Shown: positions 51,196 through 61,710 of the stretch, in pieces | Numbering within the stretch: position 1 is the first letter of the stretch | Layout: each line of letters opens with the position of its first letter | Source: Candidatus Cloacimonadales bacterium | GTDB lineage: Bacteria > Cloacimonadota > Cloacimonadia > Cloacimonadales > JAFGVF01 | Assembly (NCBI GenBank): GCA_963667035.1 | Contig: OY762964.1 | Location: 2,816,001-2,880,000 of the forward strand | Reading direction: 5' to 3' | DNA length: 64,000 nt | Program-made: the position numbers and the translations under genes | The notes under the pieces: generated by a model | What the model saw: only the letters and a program-made list of their open reading frames with translations | Databases searched by the model: none | Told to the model about the DNA's origin: nothing

Positions 51196-51652
51196 TTATT
51201 CACCTTTTGATTTATTATTCTTTCACTAATTTAAAAACTTATGAGTGGGTCAATCAAAAAAGATTATGATACCCTGTTTTAAATATGACACATTATGGGA
51301 TAGAGTCCTTCACTCGAAAATATAATTACAGGATAATTGATAGTTACCTAACATATCGCTTCGCATTTCTAATTTTTTATGATATAACATCTATTGGATT
51401 AGTCTTTTGCTCTAAGATTTAGGTTAGGTCAACCCTTAATAATACAATGCAAAATATCTCAATAGTAATAATCTGTATATTTAAATCTTCAATTGCACTT
51501 ATTGTGTTCCTTTTTAATACTCATGAAACTGGCGGGATAATTTAGACAAAAAGGAAGTAAACAATCTTCGGTAGTTTCCAGAACGAATCCATAGCAATTC
51601 ATGTGAGTTGTAAGTTGAAAATGAGAGATAGTCCCTTATAATTGTAAATTGA

Positions 51653-54367
51653 TTAAATTTTAGGAAGATTAATCGTAAAAGTTGAGCCTTCCCCCACTGT
51701 GCTTTTAAGACTTATTGTACCACCATTCTTCTCAATAAAATCGTGAGATAATATCAATCCTAAACCTGAGTTTGAGTTATCTTTGGAACTTGATTTTATA
51801 GTGTCCTTTAACTGAAAAATTGATGATAATCGCGATTTGGGAATTCCGATACCTGAATCAGTGATAACAATACAAACATTATCATTGTGATAATAAGCAG
51901 ATACAATTATTGAGCCTTTAGAAGGTGTGAACTTTATGGCATTATTCAATAGATTTCTCAAAACCGTTTCTATTGAATGATAATCAAAGTAACCTATGAG
52001 ATTAGGTTCAATATTTGTTGCAATTTCGATTGATTTCCTTTGAGCAATACTGTAATATACTTTGAGAGTGTTTGCGATAAGCTTTTTAATCTCTACTTTA
52101 GTAGGATTGATAATGATACCGTCTCTCTGACTCCTAGACCACAATAACAGGTTTTCAAGAAGATTGAAAGTCTCACTGGCTTCCAAATGGAGTTCTCTGA
52201 TAAAATCAGATTTCTCTTCTTCCGTGAGAGAGTCCTCATTGTTGCTTATGAATTCCAGTACTGACTTAATGTTGCCTAGCGGAGCTCTCAAATCATGAGC
52301 AATTATTGAGAAGAATTGATCCTTTGTTCTATTTGCTAGTTTCAATTCTGTCTCCGATCTCTCCAACATTCTCTGAGTATTCATCTTATCTGTTACATCT
52401 ACAGTATAAATTGTAATCCCCTCAACTTGATTGCTATCACCGTAAATGGGACAATAGAAGTATTCTAATATCTCATGTCTTGACTCGAAATTATATTCTC
52501 TAATCCCTTTATGTATCTCACCTTTTAAAGCATTTTCTAAAATCTTTCTGTGAACATCTTTATCTTCTGCATCCGTATAGTTATCTAGGTAATAGCGTCC
52601 GGTCTTAATCTCTATACCCCGATGTCTTAGAACTGCCTGATAATAGTTTTTATTAAAAGAGGTATATCTAAAGTTTCTATCTAGTGAAGCAATATATATT
52701 TTATAAGGACTGTTCATTACTGATTTCAATAAACTGTTTAGTTGAGAGATAGAGTCCTCGTATTGTTTTGCTTCAGTGATATCAGAGAATACGCAGATAA
52801 AGCTATCCGGATTATTGAACTCATCGTGAAGCATGGAAATTGAGATATCTCCCCAAACAACTTTGTTTTGCTTGGAAATCATCCTATATACCTTTCTTAT
52901 GTATCTGGCATCAGTCTTAGTTAGCTCTGCAAAAATCTCATCAAGAACAACTCGTGACTTTCTGTTTGAGAAAACTTTTTGTTTAAATTTCTTGAGGTCA
53001 TGAAGTTCAAAACCTAATAACTCCTTAAGATATGTGTTGATAAACAACGGTTCCCATTTCACAGAAAAGACTGCTATACCTACAGCTGCATGATGGAAAA
53101 CAGCTGATAGCTGTTCTTCGGATTTGTGTAGAGATTTAATGAGCTCCTTCTTCTCTGTAAGGTCAATAAATGAACCTAGTATGCCTGCAATTTCCCCGTT
53201 GTTATCAAAGAATACATTTTTAAAGAACATTACATTAATAATCTTTCCTTCGTGATTATACAAGGAAGTTTCATATACTTGTAAAGTTCTCTCTTTAAGT
53301 AATTTTTTATCCATTTCCAGATACAGTTCTGTCTGACTCATAGAAGAGGATACTCCAACTTTTTTACCAATAAAATCTTCCCTAGTTCTCCCAAAAGTCT
53401 TTGCAAAGGCATCATTACATTCAAGATAAATTTCGTCATTGTTTATAACAAAGAAAGGAATTGGGATTGTATAAATAATCGTATTCAAGAAAGTATTCTT
53501 ATCCTCCAGGGAAGTTTGAAGCTCCATCAAGTGTTGGTTCTTAATTTCCAATTCATGTTTTTGTTTCTTAAGAATTTCCAATTCTTGCTTCTTGAGGAAA
53601 AACTCAGACTGAAAATCTCCCATTATCCGTTTTTGTTGCTCTTTGAAATCACTAAACTTAATATAGTATTCCAATGCTTTCTGAAAATCACCTTTCAAGC
53701 GATAGTAGTTATATGTATTTCTATAATGCAATTTCAACATATTAAGGTCGGCACATCTGTTGATATTCTCTTTATTATCTTCAATCCAGATATTAGCCTC
53801 TTTGAGCATTCCTGTCATAATGAAGCTATCCGCTAAATTAACCTTCATCAGACATATCATCATTCTATCTTGTTTGTTCAAAGTTGAATTTAAAACTTTC
53901 TCATAGATTCTGATTGCCTTGTCATGTCTTCCGATGTTTCTATATATCTCACAGATATTATTGTATATTACTAACTGACCTTGCCTGTTCCCAATAGTTT
54001 CCTGTATCTCTAATACTTTCTCAAGTTGTTCAATTGCTTTGTAGCTTTCTCCCCTACTATTGTAATATAGAGAAATATTGTTTAGGATATTGCATTGCTC
54101 ATTAAGATCTCCAACTTTAGTGAAATTATTCAAAGCCTTTGTAAAATATTTATAAGCTTTATCATATTGCTTAATTGAGAAGAAAATAATTCCTCTGAAT
54201 TTATCAATATAGGCTTTTGCAAGGAGATCTTCGTTGAATCCTTCCAAATTTATAATATCTTGAATTAGATTAAGTGCCTCAGCAGGAGACTTTTGGACAA
54301 TTCTTCCTAATTTATGAATCGCCTCTTCCAGTTGAGGAGTCGAAATCTTAAAACAATTTTGTTGCAT
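51653..54367 (-). CDS. Soluble TPR-PAS sensor histidine kinase
   Basis: N-terminal TPRs, PAS/PAC repeats, FSIIAHDLRAPL H-box, NAIKFT, DSGIG, GLGL; no TM segment. Confidence 0.92.
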   Translation of the reverse strand: MQQNCFKISTPQLEEAIHKLGRIVQKSPAEALNLIQDIINLEGFNEDLLAKAYIDKFRGIIFFSIKQYDKAYKYFTKALNNFTKVGDLNEQCNILNNISLYYNSRGESYKAIEQLEKVLEIQETIGNRQGQLVIYNNICEIYRNIGRHDKAIRIYEKVLNSTLNKQDRMMICLMKVNLADSFIMTGMLKEANIWIEDNKENINRCADLNMLKLHYRNTYNYYRLKGDFQKALEYYIKFSDFKEQQKRIMGDFQSEFFLKKQELEILKKQKHELEIKNQHLMELQTSLEDKNTFLNTIIYTIPIPFFVINNDEIYLECNDAFAKTFGRTREDFIGKKVGVSSSMSQTELYLEMDKKLLKERTLQVYETSLYNHEGKIINVMFFKNVFFDNNGEIAGILGSFIDLTEKKELIKSLHKSEEQLSAVFHHAAVGIAVFSVKWEPLFINTYLKELLGFELHDLKKFKQKVFSNRKSRVVLDEIFAELTKTDARYIRKVYRMISKQNKVVWGDISISMLHDEFNNPDSFICVFSDITEAKQYEDSISQLNSLLKSVMNSPYKIYIASLDRNFRYTSFNKNYYQAVLRHRGIEIKTGRYYLDNYTDAEDKDVHRKILENALKGEIHKGIREYNFESRHEILEYFYCPIYGDSNQVEGITIYTVDVTDKMNTQRMLERSETELKLANRTKDQFFSIIAHDLRAPLGNIKSVLEFISNNEDSLTEEEKSDFIRELHLEASETFNLLENLLLWSRSQRDGIIINPTKVEIKKLIANTLKVYYSIAQRKSIEIATNIEPNLIGYFDYHSIETVLRNLLNNAIKFTPSKGSIIVSAYYHNDNVCIVITDSGIGIPKSRLSSIFQLKDTIKSSSKDNSNSGLGLILSHDFIEKNGGTISLKSTVGEGSTFTINLPKI

Positions 54368-54414
54368 GTTACAATATCCTAATAATGGTTTAATAGTAGG
54401 TTATCAAATAACTC

Positions 54415-54453
54415 AGCTGTTATGTCAATATAAAAATGCACTTGACAACAGCT
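54415..54453. promoter_or_regulatory. Back-to-back -35 hexamers for the divergent kinase and regulator genes
   Basis: TTGACA on the minus strand (54423-54428) and on the plus strand (54442-54447), each followed closely by ACAGCT. Confidence 0.5.
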
Positions 54454-54495
54454 ACCACATATATATAAAAAACTAAATATTCATCAGGGGGAATT

Positions 54496-56100
54496 GTGGC
54501 TCATATACCAAGATTACTTATTGTGGATGATGATAAAATAATTGTTAAAACCTTAAAATTCTACCTACTGAAAAATGATTATATCATAGATAGTTGTCAT
54601 AGTGGAATGGATGCTATGAAACTGGTAGAGAAAAATGATTATGATCTAGTACTTCTTGATGTCGTTATGCCTATTATGAACGGCTATCAAACTTGCTTAA
54701 AAATACACGAAATTAATAAAGAGCTTCCTGTAATTCTCATTACTGCAAATACTGAAGATGAGTCCTTAAAAGAGGGATTTGAAGTTGGTGCTATTGACTA
54801 TTTAAGAAAACCGGTGAATAAGGTCGAACTTCAAGCTAGAGTAAAGAATATTCTCAGAATAAGGGCAGCAGAAAAAGAGAAAGAAGATATCTATCAGAAG
54901 CTTCATAAAGAAGTTAGACTAGCAGCAAGAATTCAGGAGAATATGCTCCCGAAGTGGGTTTACTTAGATGACCAGATAATATTCTCTTCCCATTATGTTC
55001 CATCAGGTGACGTAGGTGGTGACCTCTTCGATTGGATTAAACTGGATAAAGATAGATATGTAGTTTATGTTGCTGATATATCGGGACATGGTGTGCAAGC
55101 AGCTTTACTAATGACTGCCATTAGAAGTATAATCAAGATGTTCGTCGAGAACATGCGTAAAGATATGCATATTCCTACTCTGTTAAATCAACTTAATCAG
55201 CGATTATCGGATGAACTATTTGAGACAAATTACATGACACTTATTCTAGGTATCATCGATGTTAATCAAAAACAGTTTAAATTTCTTAATGCCGGTCATC
55301 CACCTCTAATTGAATATAATACGGCAACAAAGAAAACTTTTATTTATGATAAGAAGGGCTCCGTTCCTATGGGATGGGATACTCAGATTAAATATACCGA
55401 TAATGATATTGATGTTATACAATTACGAGAAGATTCCGTATTCCTTCTCTACACAGACGGTCTAAACGAGTCTGTTGATGAGGACGGTAATGAATTCGGA
55501 ATAGAAGGACTCAGAAGAATAATTGAAGAAGAGATAGTGGTTGATAGTTGCATAACTTTCCCCTTCCGCTTAAAAGATTACATGAGTAAGAATAACTTCA
55601 ATATTCGACAGGATGATTTCACTCTCTTCAGCTTTCAATTACAAGACAATATTAACAATGTTGAAGTGGATGGTGTCTTGAAAAAGAAGATTCTGTTCAA
55701 AGTTCGCTCCATGTTAAAAGATGTTGGATATACAGCAGGAACTTGTGAAAAGAAAGTATTGGAGTGGACCGGAGATGCTAGACTGGCTTCAGAAATAGAA
55801 CTTGTAATTGATGAATTTCTTAATAATATTATCATACATGGCTATAATTATAAACATGATGCAATCATTGTGATTGAGTTTTCTTTCAGAAAGGATAGAA
55901 TCTCGGTAAGATTCTGGGATAAAGGTATTGAATGGGTGCCTGCCAGTATCAATTACTCCCGAGATAATCCTTACAGCTTTGAAGACGAAGTATTCATGGA
56001 AAGTGGCAAAGGTATTCATCTTGTACTTTCAATGGTAAACTGTTTCAGTAGAATGAGATTTGAAGATATTAATGAAACCGTAATGGAAATAGATTTATAG
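54496..56100 (+). CDS. Receiver-PP2C (SpoIIE/RsbU) phosphatase-RsbW-like kinase fusion
   Basis: LIVDDD/LDVVMP receiver; VGGDLFD, ADISGHG, NAGHPP, YTDGL, DDFT phosphatase; EFLNNIIIHG, WDKG, GKGIHL HATPase. Confidence 0.9.
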   Translation: MAHIPRLLIVDDDKIIVKTLKFYLLKNDYIIDSCHSGMDAMKLVEKNDYDLVLLDVVMPIMNGYQTCLKIHEINKELPVILITANTEDESLKEGFEVGAIDYLRKPVNKVELQARVKNILRIRAAEKEKEDIYQKLHKEVRLAARIQENMLPKWVYLDDQIIFSSHYVPSGDVGGDLFDWIKLDKDRYVVYVADISGHGVQAALLMTAIRSIIKMFVENMRKDMHIPTLLNQLNQRLSDELFETNYMTLILGIIDVNQKQFKFLNAGHPPLIEYNTATKKTFIYDKKGSVPMGWDTQIKYTDNDIDVIQLREDSVFLLYTDGLNESVDEDGNEFGIEGLRRIIEEEIVVDSCITFPFRLKDYMSKNNFNIRQDDFTLFSFQLQDNINNVEVDGVLKKKILFKVRSMLKDVGYTAGTCEKKVLEWTGDARLASEIELVIDEFLNNIIIHGYNYKHDAIIVIEFSFRKDRISVRFWDKGIEWVPASINYSRDNPYSFEDEVFMESGKGIHLVLSMVNCFSRMRFEDINETVMEIDL

Positions 56101-56112
56101 AGAGGAATTAAT

Positions 56113-56964
56113 ATGAAAGTAAGTATCATAATGCGTTCAAAGAATGAAATGCCTTATATTAAATATAGTTTAATGATGCTTACAAAACAAACTGTTAGAG
56201 ATTTTGAACTGCTGGTGGTTGATTCAGGTTCTACGGATGGAAGCTGGGAAACAGCTTTAGAGTACCATCCTCAAATAGCCTATCAAATAAAACCGGAAGA
56301 GTATATACCGGGAAAGGTCATGAATGCAGCTGCTAAGAAATGCAGTGGAGACATTCTTGTTTATAACAATGCTGACTGTATCCCGCAGAATGAGTATTGG
56401 CTGCAAAACTTGATTAAACCTTTTGAAGATCCGGAAGTAGTTGCAGTATTCGGTAATCAGATTACTCGCCCAAACGCAATCCCGATTATTAGAAAAGATT
56501 ACGAAAGAGCTTTTGGAGATGGAGCTATTCACTCTAAATGGAAACATTTCTTCTCTATGGCTACAAGTGCAGTAAGACGTTCCGTATGGGAAGAGTATCC
56601 CTTCTACGAAAATATCCAGTATTCTGAAGATATTGAATGGTCTTGGCGAATGAAGCAAATGGGTAAGAGAATTGTATATGTCCCCGATGCTATTGTTGAA
56701 CACTCACACAACTATACTCTAAAACAAACAGTTAAGAGATTTAAAGGTGAAGGAAAAGCCGAAGGATACATATACAAAGAGAAACCCCGTAATATAGTTT
56801 CCGAGATTGTGCTTCCGGCAACTATGGAGAGTCTGAGAGATTTTGCATATCTAATCAAAACAGGTGAAATTGCTTGGATTCCTAAAGCTCCACTTTATAG
56901 ATTCTTTCAAAGATATGGCGTCTGGAAAGGTAAAAAGGAATATTTTGAAAACAAAACAATATAA
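56113..56964 (+). CDS. Glycosyltransferase family 2 (rhamnosyltransferase-like)
   Basis: VSIIMRSKNE, VVDSGSTDGS, NAD, SEDIEW, HSHNYT. Confidence 0.9.
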   Translation: MKVSIIMRSKNEMPYIKYSLMMLTKQTVRDFELLVVDSGSTDGSWETALEYHPQIAYQIKPEEYIPGKVMNAAAKKCSGDILVYNNADCIPQNEYWLQNLIKPFEDPEVVAVFGNQITRPNAIPIIRKDYERAFGDGAIHSKWKHFFSMATSAVRRSVWEEYPFYENIQYSEDIEWSWRMKQMGKRIVYVPDAIVEHSHNYTLKQTVKRFKGEGKAEGYIYKEKPRNIVSEIVLPATMESLRDFAYLIKTGEIAWIPKAPLYRFFQRYGVWKGKKEYFENKTI

Positions 56965-58081
56965 CATCTTTGTATCGGGATTAGCTTACGATGCCGGGAA
57001 ATCAGGAATTGCAGATTATACCAACAATGTAGTTAGAGAGCTTTCTAAAAACCACAAAGTAAGTATCTTACTCTTACCTGAGGATGTTAAGATTTTCCCG
57101 ATAAAGAATGCAAACATATCTTTTGTTATTGCACCTGCTTACCTTAGAAAAGCATTTAAATCAATGTTCTGGCATTTATTCTTTCTTCCTTTCAGGATTA
57201 TGAAATCTGACTATGACTGTATATTTCTTCCTGCAGGGAACAGACGTCTACTAAGTTTTTATCCTAAACCAACTGTAGTTACTTTTCATGATTTATCTCA
57301 GTTCCATATAAATAATAAGTATGACGATTTCAGAATGTTTTACATAAAGAAAGTGATACCTTTCTTCTTAAAGAAAGCACCTATCGTTATGGCTATCAGC
57401 AAGAATACTATTAAAGACATGAATATTCACTACAAGATGAATCCGGCACAAATAGTACTTAATTATAATGGTTATGATAAGAACAGATTTTTTTCAGGAC
57501 AAGATCCTACTGATGTCAGGAATGAGTACGGACTTAAAAAGGATTACTTCCTCTATATTGCCAGAATAGAGCATCCCGGTAAAAACCATATCAATTTGAT
57601 TAAGGCATACAGCTCATTACCTGAGGATATAAAAAACAAATATGACCTTGTATTTGCTGGTAGTGATTGGAATGGTGCCGAACAAGTACACTCTTTTGCG
57701 AAGCAATCAAATGTTACTGAGAACATTAAATTCTTGGGATTTGTACCTGACGCAGATATTCCTAAATTGTACTGCGGAGCTTCTTTATACGTGTTTCCTT
57801 CTTTTTATGAAGGATTTGGAATTCCATTAGTTGAAGCAATGGCTTCATTGGTTCCGGTAGTCTGTTCAGATACATCCTCACTCCCTGAAATTGGTGGAGA
57901 AGCTGTAGTTACTTTTGACCCTAGCGATCCTACAAACATAGCATTAACTATACAGAGAGTTGTCTCAGATAACTATTTAAGGTCAGATATGATAACAAAG
58001 GGATTGGATGAGATAAAGAAATACTCTTGGAAGAAGCATGCTGAAACTATCATTGATTTGTTTAATAACTATGAAAAATAA
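56945..58081 (+). CDS. Glycosyltransferase family 4
   Basis: TFHDL, KNHINLIKA, FPSFYEGFGIPLVEAMA. Start moved to TTG 56945. Confidence 0.92.
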   Translation: MKTKQYNIFVSGLAYDAGKSGIADYTNNVVRELSKNHKVSILLLPEDVKIFPIKNANISFVIAPAYLRKAFKSMFWHLFFLPFRIMKSDYDCIFLPAGNRRLLSFYPKPTVVTFHDLSQFHINNKYDDFRMFYIKKVIPFFLKKAPIVMAISKNTIKDMNIHYKMNPAQIVLNYNGYDKNRFFSGQDPTDVRNEYGLKKDYFLYIARIEHPGKNHINLIKAYSSLPEDIKNKYDLVFAGSDWNGAEQVHSFAKQSNVTENIKFLGFVPDADIPKLYCGASLYVFPSFYEGFGIPLVEAMASLVPVVCSDTSSLPEIGGEAVVTFDPSDPTNIALTIQRVVSDNYLRSDMITKGLDEIKKYSWKKHAETIIDLFNNYEK

Positions 58082-58092
58082 AAGAGGTTTTT

Positions 58093-59121
58093 ATGGAAAA
58101 TTATGTAAATTATGCTGTTGACATGATAAAGCAACTTTGCCTTACCCCTAGTCCATCGGGCTTTACGGTAAAGATAATAAATGATGTAAGTAATGAATTG
58201 TCTCAAATGGGATACCAACCGACCCTAACAAAGAAAGGTGCATTGTTATGCGACCTTGGTGGTGAAGGCAACCCCATTTTGTTTGCCGCTCACGTTGATA
58301 CTTTGGGTGCAATGGTAAGAAGTATTAAAGGCAATGGTAGAATTCGTTATACAAGTATTGGTGGGTATGCTGCCAATAACATAGAGAATGAGAATATAGT
58401 GGTTCACACCAGAGAAGGTAAAACATATCATGGAACCGCTTATTTAACTAATCCTGCCGCTCATGTTTATAGAGATGTAAATTCACTCACTAGATCTGAC
58501 CAAACAATCGAAATCATTCTTGATGAAGAAGTAAGTAATGCAGAAGATGTACAGAAACTAGGTATTAGAGTTGGAGACTTCATTTCTCTTGACCCACGCA
58601 CAATAGTCACCGAATCAGGCTTCATTAAAAGCCGCCACTTGGATGACAAAGCCAGCTCAGGAATTCTCATTGCTCTGGCAAAGCTCATTGCAGAAAAAGC
58701 TATTACACCTAATCGTAAAGTTTATATTATGTTTACTACATACGAAGAAGTAGGTCACGGAGGTTCTTCCGGTATTCCTGAGGATGTAGTAGAAATGATA
58801 TCAGTAGATATGGGAGCCGTTGGTGATGATTTGACCACAGACGAGTTCAAAGTCTCTATTTGTGCTAAAGATTCAGGCGGTCCTTATGATTATGATATCA
58901 CTACCAAGCTTATTAAATTAGCTGAATCAAATGAGCTTGAGCATGCAGTTGACATTTATCCTTATTATGGCTCTGATGTTGAAGCAACTCTCAGAGCAGG
59001 ATATGACATTAAACATGGATTAATAGGACCGGGTGTCTTTGCTTCTCACGGCTATGAAAGAACCCATAGACGAGGAGTAGAGAATACTCTCAAATTGATA
59101 AACGCTTATATAACAAATTAA
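58093..59121 (+). CDS. M42-family aminopeptidase
   Basis: PSPSG, AHVDTLG, SRHLDDK, YEEVGHG, VDMG, SHGYER. Confidence 0.92.
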   Translation: MENYVNYAVDMIKQLCLTPSPSGFTVKIINDVSNELSQMGYQPTLTKKGALLCDLGGEGNPILFAAHVDTLGAMVRSIKGNGRIRYTSIGGYAANNIENENIVVHTREGKTYHGTAYLTNPAAHVYRDVNSLTRSDQTIEIILDEEVSNAEDVQKLGIRVGDFISLDPRTIVTESGFIKSRHLDDKASSGILIALAKLIAEKAITPNRKVYIMFTTYEEVGHGGSSGIPEDVVEMISVDMGAVGDDLTTDEFKVSICAKDSGGPYDYDITTKLIKLAESNELEHAVDIYPYYGSDVEATLRAGYDIKHGLIGPGVFASHGYERTHRRGVENTLKLINAYITN

Positions 59122-59133
59122 CAGGAGGACTAA

Positions 59134-59382
59134 ATGGTTTATAAGATAATGGTAATCAAAATCGATCAGAGAAGTAAGTATGCTGTTGAAGCACAGAAGA
59201 TTCTCACAGAATACGGTTGTTACATTAAAGTTCGTTTAGGATTGCATGAAGCTACTGTTGATGTTTGTTCAACCGACGGACTGATAATTCTTGAAGTACG
59301 CGGTGAGAATGAGATTCTTGATGAGATGAGAACAAAGCTCAATAATCTTGATAATGTAACAGCTAAGATAATGGAAATCTAA
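59134..59382 (+). CDS. TM1266-like small ACT-fold regulator
   Basis: QKILTEYGCYIKVRLGLH pattern, 82 aa, SD GGAGG. Confidence 0.7.
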   Translation: MVYKIMVIKIDQRSKYAVEAQKILTEYGCYIKVRLGLHEATVDVCSTDGLIILEVRGENEILDEMRTKLNNLDNVTAKIMEI

Positions 59383-59406
59383 TTACTGGAGTTTTAATAA
59401 TCAATA

Positions 59407-59437
59407 AAAACAGGCTACCTCAAAGGTAGCCTGTTTT
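59407..59437. terminator. Bidirectional intrinsic terminator
   Basis: AAAACAGGCTACCT-CAA-AGGTAGCCTGTTTT. Confidence 0.92.
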
Positions 59438-59453
59438 ATTTAATACTATTTTA

Positions 59454-61445
59454 TTACGGTCTTGTATAAATCTTTTCCCAGTTTCTATTTCCCGGAGAGT
59501 CCTCATACCAGTCCTGATTTACAGTTCCATAACTCTCTGCCCAAGCTTTAAACTTGAGATAACCCTTAGTTATATCTGTCTTTTCGTACATTGGATCCCA
59601 TTCTGTAGCTATGTTAAGAGCCCAAGGTAGATTAGTAGTGTTACGATAGTATCTGTTAGTAACAAAATCACTATCATCATCACCGATATTGAAAAGACTA
59701 TTATCAACGAGCGATGTTGGAGGATAATCAGCTAAATGCACTTCTTGTCCTCTTTCTCCATTAACAAATATAAAAGGATTGTATGGTGGTTGCCATGACC
59801 AGTTTTCAGCATGGAAATCTGCTGTAACAAGCTTGATATCCAAAGCTATCTCACTCGGTTGAATATATGGTTCTCCATTCTCTGTGTTTACAAAATGGTC
59901 TTCAGGCTGATTTATAAGTGTGTTAGTATCACTAAACAGCACTATTACACCTTCATTACCACTTTCAAGATACGGATTAAAATTAGGATGAGAAATTATA
60001 TTAGAGTAAGTCAATGGGTCTGAACCGTCAACTACCGTGATGCTTTCAATAAGGTTGGAATCAAACGGTAATTGAATAGCAAAACCGTTATTGAAGCTTG
60101 CACCAACAGCTTTCAGTTTGAACTCAGCAACTATATGTCTTATAACATTTCCTGGAGCTGTATGGTAAAAGAAGTTGTAATCAAGTACCATATCGTTGAA
60201 GTCATAATCACCTGTATCAGGCCATAAGTCTTCATAAGCAAGAGTAGAGAAAGAGTGGTCATTTGTTTCAAATGCTCTATCAGGGTCTTGTGGGAAATCA
60301 TCGAATATATTGGATATTCCGTCTCCATCGTCATCGTCAACAACATCGATAGGTGGAACATTTGAAGTATCAATTGTGCCTAAAGGGTCACCGGTCAGAT
60401 AGAAGATTGTATCGTTGTAATCATTGTCACCGGTAGGAACTTCAATATCTTCGAAACCAAACAGAAGCTTATCATATTCATCGTCCCAAACCTGAATGCT
60501 TTGTTGACGATTGTTATGATTGAAGTGGTAATTAGAATACCAAGTATTAACTCTGTCCTGAACCATGTTGTTATGCCATCCGTTTGCAATTAAAACCCAA
60601 CTTAGAACCGTTCCGGCTTGGAAATGTCCTAAATATACTCTGTCTCCGGTTACAAGTCCGCCACCGCTTCCTTGATATGATACATTAGGGAATATTACTT
60701 TAAGGGTATCTATATCATCAGAGGTTGCGGGAGCATTTCCAACAGGATAGCTGTAATAAGCAAGTGTGTTATTGTATCCGGCTCCTTCGTGTACGAAGGT
60801 GATCCAGATATCTGTTTCTTGATTTATAATTACGGCATTAAGCTCAACACTAGGTGAGAGATAATCAGGATGATAGTTAAATAAAGACTTCTTTTCCGGT
60901 AAAGTAGCATTAATTTTTGACATGAAACCTGCCGGAATAGTATCTCTAGTCATTCCTATCGGGGTTCCATCGGCATCATAAGGTAACACATATTCCATTG
61001 ATGTCTTAGGAGTTTTAACTGCTTTTCCTACAGGTTTGATTCTCTCTGTTGTACCGAGTGTTAACTCCACTTTGTTGTTAACTACAGGTACTTCTGTCTC
61101 AGACATAAATCCTGACACGACAACTTTATCAAGATAGTTTGGTAATGGCACTATTGCTTTAAAATTACCCTCGGAATCAGTTGCACCTCTATAGATGATT
61201 TCTCCTCCCTCTGCAGGGAAGTCATCATATATATCAAATACAACATCTGGTAGGTTTTGATTTACGGTAATATCAATCTCTACATTGTTTATTGTATTGA
61301 AAGAAAAGTCATCAGCAATATTGAGTTGTGAAAAGTTATTATTTTCCGGTTCCGTAACATTATTATTATCATTATCATCAGAGCATGCTACAATAATTAA
61401 TGAGATAATAATAACAATTATAGAAAGCCATTTCTTTTTAATCAT
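59454..61445 (-). CDS. LruC-domain (DUF4842/DUF4114) lipoprotein
   Basis: Lipobox IVA-C, HEGAGYNN, GFEDI...DNDYND, AYEDLWPDTGDYDFNDMV, PYNPFI, LPWALNI. Start moved to ATG 61445 after GGAGG. Confidence 0.85.
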   Translation of the reverse strand: MIKKKWLSIIVIIISLIIVACSDDNDNNNVTEPENNNFSQLNIADDFSFNTINNVEIDITVNQNLPDVVFDIYDDFPAEGGEIIYRGATDSEGNFKAIVPLPNYLDKVVVSGFMSETEVPVVNNKVELTLGTTERIKPVGKAVKTPKTSMEYVLPYDADGTPIGMTRDTIPAGFMSKINATLPEKKSLFNYHPDYLSPSVELNAVIINQETDIWITFVHEGAGYNNTLAYYSYPVGNAPATSDDIDTLKVIFPNVSYQGSGGGLVTGDRVYLGHFQAGTVLSWVLIANGWHNNMVQDRVNTWYSNYHFNHNNRQQSIQVWDDEYDKLLFGFEDIEVPTGDNDYNDTIFYLTGDPLGTIDTSNVPPIDVVDDDDGDGISNIFDDFPQDPDRAFETNDHSFSTLAYEDLWPDTGDYDFNDMVLDYNFFYHTAPGNVIRHIVAEFKLKAVGASFNNGFAIQLPFDSNLIESITVVDGSDPLTYSNIISHPNFNPYLESGNEGVIVLFSDTNTLINQPEDHFVNTENGEPYIQPSEIALDIKLVTADFHAENWSWQPPYNPFIFVNGERGQEVHLADYPPTSLVDNSLFNIGDDDSDFVTNRYYRNTTNLPWALNIATEWDPMYEKTDITKGYLKFKAWAESYGTVNQDWYEDSPGNRNWEKIYTRP

Positions 61446-61662
61446 ACTTCTTCCTCCATAGCGAAGAATAATATTTATAATTCTTCTAGATAGCAATAAT
61501 TTATATTCGCTGTAAAATGGCAAACTTTTTTTATTTATTCTCGCAATCTATTAACAAAAATAACATTTATCTAACACTTATTCCATAACTATTAGCGTAC
61601 AAACAAATTATAACTACTCATAGAAAGCTTGATTACATAATCATTTTATGTAATGCACACAC

Positions 61663-61692
61663 AAAAGACCCGACATTTCTGTGGGGTCTTTT
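61663..61692 (-). terminator. Intrinsic terminator of the isc operon
   Basis: AAAAGACCC...GGGTCTTTT hairpin downstream of iscU. Confidence 0.8.
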
Positions 61693-61710
61693 AAAAGTTA
61701 AACCTATATT

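Noticed and set aside
51200..51650. 450-bp intergenic region as a riboswitch or decayed gene
   Set aside because: I found no recognisable RNA motif, strong hairpin or identifiable protein remnant in any frame I read.
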